From: Laetmonice hystrix
Taxonomy: Eukaryota
Direction of reading: 5' to 3'
DNA: 64,000 nt
NCBI GenBank assembly: GCA_965235115.1
Contig: OZ249445.1
Location: forward strand, 8,618,001-8,682,000
The notes under the pieces were generated by a model, which searched no databases, had not been told where the DNA came from, and saw only the letters and a program-made list of their open reading frames with translations. A program made the position numbers and the translations under genes. This document shows, in pieces, positions 1 to 10,444 of this stretch (the first letter of the stretch is position 1; each line of letters opens with the position of its first letter).

Positions 1-433
1 AACATTCGGGATGGAGATTCACAGTTTGGGGGTCGCTTTTCTGCAATCTCTGAAGCTTTACAATTTATCGGTATGCAGAATTTAATGTCTGATGCCTTGG
101 GGGGAAAACCGTGGCGACCTTGGAGGCTCGTGGATTCTGGCAGTAAAATTCAAAATCCTGAACTATAAAATAACCGCATGGATTCTCCAGCCACCTGTGC
201 GTCAGGATAGGCAGGTTTGCATGCTCAGCAGCTTGTGGCAAAGGAAACAATGGGGTATATGGTTCCTTCCGCCTGTGTGTTGTTTGTTTGCTACCGACGG
301 TAACGTGAAGCAATGGCCACGTTATTAGTTGGATTCCAACACAGAATCAAAGCGTCACCCCAAAAAGTTTCCGCGACACGTGAGAGAATATGATAGGGAC
401 GATCTAAACGGATCTCATGTCTAATCCGTGCAG

Positions 434-603
434 AGCGCCACAAACGGGAGAACGCGTGGAGGAGGAGGAGCAGGAGACCTGGAGGAACTGGTCGGACGTA
501 CTCCAGGGCGGACGCCGTCACATGAAGACGACCACAGGCCCCGCCTTCGGCAGACGCTAACCTTACCTTACGGAGCGTCGCATCCTCGGAATTTCCGATT
601 CAG
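434..603 (+). CDS. Candidate internal exon, unknown product (SATNGRTRGGGGAGDLEELVGRTPGRTPSHEDDHRPRLRQTLTLPYGASHPRNFRF)
   Basis: GC-rich 170-nt segment between ccgtgcag| (431-433) and cag|gtaatg (604). One frame is open throughout. No recognisable domain and the acceptor is weak. Confidence 0.2.
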
Positions 604-2225
604 GTAATGAGTCATAATTTACCTTCACCGGGACAAAAAAGTTGTGTTCATAACTAAGACCTCTTTAAATGATACAGTTAATAAAGTATGAGCAGGCTCT
701 CGGGGTGTTCTGGGGCTCAGCAACAGTCACAGGATATACTTTGCAATTCATAGTTACGGTTCTAACAGTTACAAAGAATTTTAATAGGTTTGATTTGATA
801 ATCGCATAACTATATTGCATATATTTCTTATGTCGCAATGTTCTTTTGAAAAGTCAAGCTAGAAGAGGTACAACGGTATCTAGATGTCTCCAGATACCTT
901 CTGGAGTTGATTAAAAATAATTACACTCGTAACAACATTGTGTACGAGTGGACTTTTTTCGCCCGTGATATCATGATCCTTTGGCTTCCTGGTAAGCCAA
1001 GGTCCTGTGTCTCAAAACGACTATACGTCAAAGGTTTTTGAGATTTTGGAGCTACTCAACTGCATGGTCCAAACATTGTGTACTGTGCGACATCAGACGC
1101 TACTATCCAGTCACGGTGTTATCTAGATAAAACCAGCACAAATACCGACACACCAGCTCATAAATTCCCCGTGGCATGATAGTGAGCCTACACAAATGTG
1201 TCTTGACGCGTAACCGCTTGTTTTCTGACGGGCATCGATGACCGTTTTGGTCCGGAGCGTTGTTCATTCCGAGCTGCTGGATATCTCTTCAGTGTCGGGA
1301 ACCCGTCACAATCATAGGTAAGTCTTGAAGACAGTGCTAATGCTTACCTGTATGGGACAAAATCTAGGACGTTAATTAAAAAGTCAGCCTTGATTGCCTG
1401 TATCTAAAGTAATCGCTTAGGTTTCATTATTTCTCCCGGATTTGAGTTTCCACATGCATGCAACCAAAGATTTCAGGCAGTTTAATGCAACGGGGTAGAT
1501 AGACTTTAGGCAGCACGATATATAGAGCAAGTTTATTTTGTTAGCTGCATCAAAGCAGTGTACTAATTGGAAATAAAAAAAAGATACTTTGTCGTTGCGC
1601 GCGGCCCTTGGCTGTTACAGATACAGTTCTGCCGATATACTTAAATTAGGATGAATGACTTTGACATAATACATTCTTATATGAGCAACTAAACCTTCAA
1701 ATTGTTTTGCCAGGACACTGGACCTGAATTCCGACCTGTAGAACTGCTAGGTCCACCCTGATGCAAATGCAATATCTGTCCGGTAAGAATGCAGTTTCAG
1801 TACTGTTGGCATTTGAAGTTTTGTTCCGGTTTTCATGCACCTTTACCATAGTTGATAAGTAAGTAATGATGTACTTTATGACATGTTAACCAATAATGGG
1901 CTGACTGACGTACTAAAATTGTGCTGGCATAATCCCCTTGTAAGTGTGGTATACATATGACCTCCATAGAAATTAAGCTGGTCGGAGGCCATACAACCGG
2001 CCCGACCTCTGTACGCGGCCGGGTAAATCTCTAATCCCATTCTCGTCCTCCCGCTTAACATCTGTCGCCAACTACATGTGTACATGTTTAGGATAGAGAA
2101 TGGACATGAGGACCAAACGTCTACAAAATATACAACTGTAGAATAAGACGGGTAAAGTCGCACACTCTTTTTTGAATAGGAAGTAATTTTACAGTTGCCT
2201 TAACTGTAAAGTTTCCCCCAAAGTT

Positions 2226-2551
2226 GTAGCCTGGGCCTCGATCGCCCCAGCGACAATTTTGAAGTCTGCAAAACAATACTTTGGCAACGTATGATGATGC
2301 AAAAATTAATTTTGACCTTGCGGTATCTTACATCAAATGGAGTTTAAGTATAAGTTAAACTTTACGTTTCTTGATCGGCAGTAAAAAGCCAAGAGAGTTT
2401 TTACTATAAGTAAATATGACTATAGGACGACGGAGAAGGTTGCATACTGCAATCGGTAAAAAGGAACTGGATTCTAAAAAGTGTGGTTCAATCCTAAAAG
2501 TACGACAAGTCAGTATAGACTTGTTCCCGATTATGTCGGGGAACAGGCTAC
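2226..2551. mobile_element. Possible non-autonomous TIR element with TAGCCTG termini
   Basis: GTAGCCTG (2226-2233) and CAGGCTAC (2544-2551) are exact inverted repeats, with a subterminal hairpin gttcccga-ttatg-tcggggaac near the right end. No TSD found and the TIR is short. Confidence 0.4.
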
Positions 2552-3074
2552 TTATTTCTGTTGCCCAGACAACATTTTGTTTAACGTCATTGTGGGAAGC
2601 GATTTTCAACGAAAATAGTCTCCTCCTTCCAAAGCCTGACATTGCTTGTTAAGAAGCTAGAGAAAGAGTTTCGAGACCCTGGAGTGAGGTAATTTAGCCT
2701 CCTGATCCGCCGGTGTAGATTTTCAAGGATCATCATGTTTCTCATGCAAAGGTTTCTCAGATCAGCACATGCACATTAATCTCGGAACGACTCATGCACG
2801 AAAGTTCAATTTGCGTATTGTTACTTGAATGCGTTATTTTTTATTTTTGTTAATCACGTATATTTAGGTACTTTATGCTGACCGAAACCTGACACTCCCG
2901 TCAACGAAAATGCAGCTGCTGGAGTTTACAATTATGCACTGTAATGCTCAAGTGTGATATGGTATAAAAATGGCTTTTACTCAGTGACAGAATTCAAATA
3001 GCCTAGGGAAAAAGCAGAAGCGAAAGAAAAGGAAGAAAGAAACAGGAACGGAAAAAGGTGTCCTGTATATTAAC

Positions 3075-3290
3075 CAGGTATATAATCGCCTGCTTAATTA
3101 TTTCCTTGGTGTAAAACCCGAGTATAGTCCAGTCGCCGACCATCTCCAACTGGCGTGGGGACCATGAACCAGCTCGGCGAAGTCGATTAGTAAATCCAGT
3201 ATCAGGATGGCAGGTCGTCGTATGATCTCAGCAGACTCAGTCCGCATCAACGGCGCGTGTTGGGTTGTGGGCGACAAACTAGGAATCCGG
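3075..3290 (-). pseudogene. Possible highly decayed CR1/L2-group LINE reverse-transcriptase relic
   Basis: Minus frame reads TTQHAPLMRTESAEIIRRPAILILDLLIDFAELVH, then LYTWLIYR after one stop. This resembles the RT segment STTHALI..M....E..D.PG...LLIDFSKAFDLVDH...L..WI. Judged by eye only. Confidence 0.25.
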
Positions 3291-3471
3291 CTTCAAGATT
3301 CTTGTTCTCTCTATCGTGTATTCACATGAATGCGAACATGAAGCCATCAGAGATCTGCATACTTTCGTTATATTGTAAAGTAGTTATAACTTCTATTAGA
3401 AGTACATATGGTTTGTTAGGGTGAACTATAACATAGCAATGTATTCCTGGAATAGAACATGCAAGTGATCG

Positions 3472-3546
3472 TCCCTTCCCTTTTCCCTCCTTTTTCCTCC
3501 CTTCTTCCTTCCTTCGATTCCTTCCCTCCCTCCTTCCCTTCTTCAG
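3472..3546 (+). repeat. (CCTT/CTTC)n-like polypyrimidine simple repeat
   Basis: About 72 nt of almost pure C/T with no AG, ending in cag|gtaatt. Confidence 0.9.
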
Positions 3547-5593
3547 GTAATTATAATAGACATGCAATCAGAACAACTGACAAGCAAACTTTCCATAAAC
3601 TGAGCCAGTTTTCCTATGACGCCAGAGGACTAGGAGCAGGTGCGCGTACAGGCTGACTTTGTACGGTTCTTGTTATTAGTAAAACTGCCATTAGATCCCT
3701 CTGTTCCCAGAATACTTGCATGACTTGCAACCTATGTATTAGTATATATGGCATGCCAAGGGGCAAAAGTTAGGAAAGGACGGCAAGCAGATCATCAAGC
3801 AAAGAAAAGTTAACTTCATAGCATGTGGACCTTGGTTTGCGGTTATAGCTTTTTTCACACTAGTGGGCCGTGCCTTTTCGTTTTCACTCATTGCATGCCC
3901 GCAAACAAACAACATATACCCTGTTTGATGGTGTATTTGTTTCTGGTAAAAAAGGAACAATCAGAGGGAGAGGTCGTTAGAACAGCCGTCAGAGGAAGCT
4001 TTCCCGGTTGGAGCTCTATGTAGGCGTCGTGTTATGTGACACTGATCGGCCCGACGGGCAAAAGAAGTTTGTCAACCACAAAGGTTGGCGATGCCTGTGC
4101 ATAGGATAAGGTGCGCCATGCCTCAGTACATGGGCATGCGCATGGAAACCGGCACGGTCAAATGGCTGGTTATGAACAATACATCAGCGTTCCGTATCAT
4201 TGGAGGCATCCTGCAAAGGACGGGCCTGATGCCAGTGGAGCGTCAAGGTGTGGCGCCAATAGGACGCGTGACGCCACAAGCAGCGTCTATGGGCAGATCC
4301 AGGGACGTCGGGATGCTGTGCCTTGCCCGGTGTTCGTCACACACCTTGGAAGGGAGGCTGGCGTGCAGCTGGCATGGGTCTTTGATCCATCCCGCCGGCG
4401 CTAATCAGATACACGACAGACATGTATCAGAACAGCCGCATTATTTTGGACAAATCCTAGAGTTACAAACAACAGTATACCAATGTTTTCCCCCGACTAG
4501 TCTTCTGGCACCGTGCAAAGACGGGCTGTATCTCCTGTTAACATGCAAGGGATCCGGCTTTCAAATAATTAAGCACAGGTCGAGGCAACCTCTAAGTTCC
4601 CGGTTTGGGGCAAAAAAATTAATAATGTAAGCCAGAAAATGGCTTGCCGAATCTCTGTTATATGTTAGGCCCTTTCCAACGATCGCTCGTTTCTATAGGA
4701 AATAATCCGGCGTAGAAAGTTGCAAGCAGCGCATTTTTCAGCAGTCGTTAACAGTTTCGTCTACTATGTAAGAATAGATGCACAATCCAGCAGGAATCAG
4801 AACTGAACGTGGCAACAACAGAAATGAGTGGAATGCACGTGATATGAAAATCATCGTATTAGTAAGTGCTCATCATTTCGTGCCTAGTAGAATTAGGCGT
4901 GTGTGGGTCCACACTGTCTCACGTGGAACTTTCTACTGACATAGTTCATAATATATCTATTAGATCTAGTATAGGATCCAACTTTGGTATGCATTCTGTA
5001 TTCCAGAGCCAGGCATTATGAAAAAGTACTCGTAGACAGAGAATGAAAGTAATTTGGACTCATTGAAAACGTGCAAATAATTTCTAGCACCAGCAGCGCA
5101 TAGAGAGTTAAATAATTTATGAATATTCATTATCATAGAAATTATATCCTGCCTTTGAGAAAAAGGTGACGATGGTCTCCTTGAGCGAAATAGTTTTGAT
5201 TCAGATGTCATTATTTAGTCTTGGTTTGTGATCGGGGAGAGAACGCAGAGAGTTGGGAACAGAGGAAGGCAATGGGGGACTACCAGTAGGGGTACAGTTA
5301 GTCTGGAATACATAAAACTAACACGACGACCGCTAGATTTATTCGTTTTCAGGCCGGCTATACCGGCTACAAATCATGAAAATAGAGTTAGTAGACCTAC
5401 AATACCGTAATGGCCATTGGATCTATGTAAGTCTTGCAATCATGTATAGCGTAGTGAAGCGATATATCCGTTGTGGATGGCCGTCAACTAATAATATTGA
5501 GTTTCTAAGTAGTTAGGGGCTACTACCGTTTATTACATCAGCTATATTATATCTTGTGGACGCAACTTCTGACTCCTCTGAAAAGTGCTGAAG

Positions 5594-5746
5594 NNNNNNN
5601 NNNNNNNNNNNNNNNNNNNNNNNNNNNNNNNNNNNNNNNNNNNNNNNNNNNNNNNNNNNNNNNNNNNNNNNNNNNNNNNNNNNNNNNNNNNNNNNNNNNN
5701 NNNNNNNNNNNNNNNNNNNNNNNNNNNNNNNNNNNNNNNNNNNNNN
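5594..5746. other. Assembly gap (153 N)
   Basis: Run of N. Confidence 1.
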
Positions 5747-5967
5747 ACGCACTAAATGGTAAAAAACAAACAACATTGGTTACAACACAAATCAACCAGG
5801 CACTCTCCCTGCCTTTATCGATCAGATCATGCAATTCTGGCATTGACAAATCCAGTCTGATTACAAAGAACCCCCGATGTCTATAAATGACGGTTGTATT
5901 TGTTGAACGTCAGTACTATCCATACCTAAAGGATCATGATAGCATATTTAAAGTCCGAGTTGTTATG

Positions 5968-6245
5968 TACGGAGCCCTGTTGGGGACATGAAGAAAAAAA
6001 AACGTTTCTGAGAAAAAAATTGTGGTGATCTCGAAATTACCACTTAGTGACGTCATTAAGTCGTAATAACGCGTTAATGACGTCATTAAGCGGTAATTTC
6101 GAGATCACCACAAATGTTTTTCTCTGAAACGAACGCGATTATCTCGTAATAACGACTTAGTGACGTCATTAAGTCGTAATAACTAAGTGGTAATTTCGAG
6201 AGTACCACAATTTTTTTTTCTTCATGTCCCCAACAGGGCTCCGTA
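5968..6245. mobile_element. Foldback MITE with 35-bp perfect terminal inverted repeats and nested internal palindromes
   Basis: TACGGAGCCCTGTTGGGGACATGAAG+A9 at 5968-6002 is the exact reverse complement of 6211-6245. Internal about 40-bp inverted arms (about 6020-6059 and 6074-6113) differ at 2 positions. A 28-bp direct repeat occupies 6043-6070 and 6156-6183. Flanks are GTTATG and ATTATG. Confidence 0.92.
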
Positions 6246-9200
6246 ATTATGAACAATCCCGGCAAAAAGATTTTTTTAATTTTTTTCAGGTAGGTTTTCC
6301 TCAACTTTTTCCATTCATAAGTAACTGTTAATTCGTAAATATTCCCCCAATGAATGAAATACTAAAGACTGGAGTTAGTGAAAGGAAGACATTAGATGAC
6401 ATACGTTGGTGATCATAATATCGAAGATACGAGCTACGTGTATAGTTCAGATAGCTCAAAAGTTCATTAGTACAAATGTACTAGTATTTCATGCATGTCA
6501 TCCTTAGATAAAATAATATCAATGTTAATCGACAGCGTCGACACACGGTCTATTTCTCAGGTGTCAAAGGAAACTGTAGATGGACTAATTGTGGCAAATG
6601 ACATGTAATAAAAACTTTAAGGCTTTTGAAAGAAAAGCTAGAGCGGATAACGCCTTTAGTAGAAAGATGACTGCGACAAGTTTGTCTTTATCGGGGACAA
6701 AATTCAGTTTAATTGATTTATTCACCCAATATATTGCTATCATCAGTGGTCATAGAAAGCGTGTAGGGGATGATGAGCTAGGATTTGGGTGATCCATAGC
6801 GTTGAGACTGACGCATACTTCAATAGTAAGTATAGTTGCAGAGTGTATAGGCGGCCAACGAATCCCAAACACTGCACCGAAAAATGTACTTCAAGAACCG
6901 AATCTGGTCATACTAAGTTTATCTACTTATGTTTCAATTTCTCAGGAAGATAGAACGAAGAGAATGGGCTTATAGACATTGTTACTTCATTTGGTTCATA
7001 AAGCATGCCGTCAGTGCGTGAATAAGTTAAAGGGCGGGCGCTTGCGTAGCTGTAAACGTATGTGCGTATAGACAGACTGTATGGTATACAGGTAGTATAT
7101 GTAAGCAGGTATTAAGTACGTATTTAAGTAGACGAGTTGGTAAATATTTGGTGTATTTTTACGACCTCGTACTGCCATGTTTTCTGTTTTATCAGCGCCG
7201 TCCGAGGCCAACTTTCCAGGAAACGGTTTGTCAGTCGGACAGCCCGATGTGTCTGAGCACTCAGTTAGACACCTGTTAGCGTTTGCCAATTAGATTAGGA
7301 ATGGCCCCGTATCGCACGTGCAGGTTGCCTTCCCTCCTTCATGGGTTTCCCGACCACAGCTGTAAGACGGAGGGGTGGTTGCCTGCTGGTTTGAAGTGGG
7401 ATTCACGCCAGTCCGTATAATGTTTGGTTTGTAGAAGATCATGGATCAAGCTGTCAGAAAGTGACAAAGGGGTCATGATCCGCTGGCATTTGTTTCGAAA
7501 GGACTTTGAATGGCCCGCTCTACGGAACAGTGCTGCCGGCGGTCATTATTATTCGCCGATAATTTTCTCCCACGGGTGAAAACGCTTCCCGAATGAAGGG
7601 TCGGTGTAATATATTATCACGCAGCAGCCAAAGGTTTGCGGATGGTTATAGAGATTAAACAAAGCAGTTTGCCGCTGCTTGGCATGTCCCCAACAGTGCC
7701 ATTGGCCACAGTCCATCGACACGCCCTGGCGGACACAGACATTTGTACGGCCCCCTTTCCCGCGACCCGGCTCTGTGGCTGGTCCGATCCCGTCACGGCT
7801 GGAGGGATGGTAACAACGGGGGAGCGGCGGTTCTAATGATGTCGAGTGAAATACCCCGGTACGGACTCCGGTACGGTCCGTGGGAAGTTCCCGCTCGCTC
7901 CCCTTCAGCTGCCAGCAGGTGCCCCTGATGCCGACCGCTGGAGCCGGGGGCGGAGGTCGGCATTAGGACGCGCAGATATTGCATATAAGGCCCTATACAT
8001 GACTGTGCAGGAAGCAGATCGGAAATGATCTATACCTTGTGGCTCTATACGTTCTTGGAACGGATTGGTGTGCGAACATTTTTTTTTACACTGTTAATGG
8101 ATTTAATGCAACCAGTTGCAATAACCTGGTAGGATGAAATACTGCATGCAGCCCATGCACATGAGCAGGTTTTAACTCTATATTCCACGTTGGAAATCAG
8201 CTCATACATCAAAACAAAACCAGATCCGAAAAAACAATTTATTGGATCATCTAAACCACCCACGATTACAAAGATTCAATAAAAGTTACCATATCATGTA
8301 TAGAATGCCTTTGCAAAATTTAATTCTTTATAAGTTGATTGTTGAGGAAGATTACAAGAAGTACCGGTACACCTATGTATGATATACACCTATACCTTTT
8401 CACGAACTAAACAAAACCGCAGGCGAAAATAGCAACGTGAATCATAGCTTTAAATTTTTATGTCATTTTGGTAAAGTTTCCTTGTAATCAGTTTATGCAT
8501 TAATTGTAAAAATTGATTTTATTTAGGACTACACATATATAATGCCTATCCCCAAACTTATAATGTAGTTGCCAGTCTGAATATGAAGGGCTATGCATGG
8601 TCAATAGATTGTTCCCCGATGTATCTCTCTCAGTAATTATCTGATCATGGCAAGGACACCGAGACCTTTCATATTATCTTACATAATGAGACCCTCTTTA
8701 TATTACCGTCTGCCATAGCGGACAGGGGAATAAAGGTTATCCAGGCCAGGATCCGGACGATGTCCAAGGACAAGCCATAGCAACCTAATCAGTGTGTCCA
8801 CGGCCTCTGTCTGTCGTCTCTCAGGTTCCCGCCCGAACTTCATGGTCGTCGTTATAGAGAACCACATCGCGGTGTCTCCAATCAAGGCTCCCCGGTGGAT
8901 TCTATAGAGAAAGGCGCGGCGACCATACATTCACACAGGGAGACAAGTGAACAATGGTTGCTCACGACATGTCGGGACATCTTCACGGCGAGAACGAGAT
9001 AACCATTTATGGTTGTGGTCGAGTAAAGGCCCCCGGGGATAAGGGGAGAAAAAGACGAAAAGATAACTTCAGGCATGAACGGCTACTTACATACGTTGTA
9101 CGTACACCCTTATAGATACACGCGTACGTGCATACATGTGCATACATCCTGTAATACGCCACGCCTGATCCTTTGGGCTAGTATTATGCTTGGGGTTTGT

Positions 9201-10299
9201 ATTTGATGGGTCGAAGTCGGCTGAGAATAATGTACGTCGGGTGTTGACGTCTGTCAGCGCTGCTGTCGCCTATTGTTCTCACTATACTGTCGCCCTGCTT
9301 CATCATGGAAACAATTTGACAGATTTAGACAGTGCAGAGTTACAAATGTACAACTCCATCAAGATAAATTATGTGTGTGACTTATAAGAAACCTTTTCGT
9401 TGCGTGAGAGTAATTTGCGGAGATTAAAACAATGGATTTTCATTCAAGACGACATCTGAATGCATGTGTATAGCCGAACTCAAAATATGGTAGTCCATGG
9501 GTATATACCCTTATAAAGTATGTAAATGAGTCGTTTTCTTAACATGCTATTCATTTTCATTTCATGGTTCAGTCCCTCTAAAATTCGCTCCAAAGTTGAA
9601 TAGAATGTGATTCTGGTCAATGAGATATATCTCAGAGAACGGTATGTAGAGATGTAGTCCGAGAATGTCGACTGAGTCCACATCCATTCTGCTAGCTCTA
9701 TGTGATCCTCGGGAGTCCGGTCCCGGGGGACTGGCCTTCAGGCAGGTAGCGCATTAGCAGATGAAAGAGACTGATTAAACGGCAGAGATGTCCTCAGATG
9801 TACAGTGGCTGTGTCGGATCGTGCCCCACACACACCTCCCGAATTCTAGGATTCCTGCTCATATAGTCAATATCATCGCTCCATCAGAATATTTTTTCTC
9901 TGGAGAATTTTTGGTACAAAGTACACAGTTACCGATTTTTAAAACCATCCACTACAATAACAATGAAGGAAACTTATAGATGGCGTCGGCAGAACTCAAT
10001 GGGTGTTAAACAACAGAATTATTTACAAACAGTGCCAGACTGACCACAGGCTGTGGGCTAACTCGACATACTTGTAAGTTCATGGATACTTTAAAAAAAA
10101 ATTGTATGGAGAAATTGCATGGTGCCTTGAATTAGCAGGAACTGTGAATGCAAACTATGTGTCGGACACATAGAAGTCGCCTCTCTGTACAGTACTATGA
10201 TCTGATGCAAATGTCAGAATGATGAAGTCAGTATTTGCCCAACTAGTTCACAACCCCTTTTTTCAAGGGATTGTCTCTCGACTTCATTCGCCTATCTTC

Positions 10300-10444
10300 N
10301 NNNNNNNNNNNNNNNNNNNNNNNNNNNNNNNNNNNNNNNNNNNNNNNNNNNNNNNNNNNNNNNNNNNNNNNNNNNNNNNNNNNNNNNNNNNNNNNNNNNN
10401 NNNNNNNNNNNNNNNNNNNNNNNNNNNNNNNNNNNNNNNNNNNN
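10300..10444. other. Assembly gap (145 N)
   Basis: Run of N. Confidence 1.

Noticed and set aside
4085-4630. 181-aa plus-strand ORF
   Set aside because: No domain is recognisable in any of the six frames and there are no convincing flanking splice sites.
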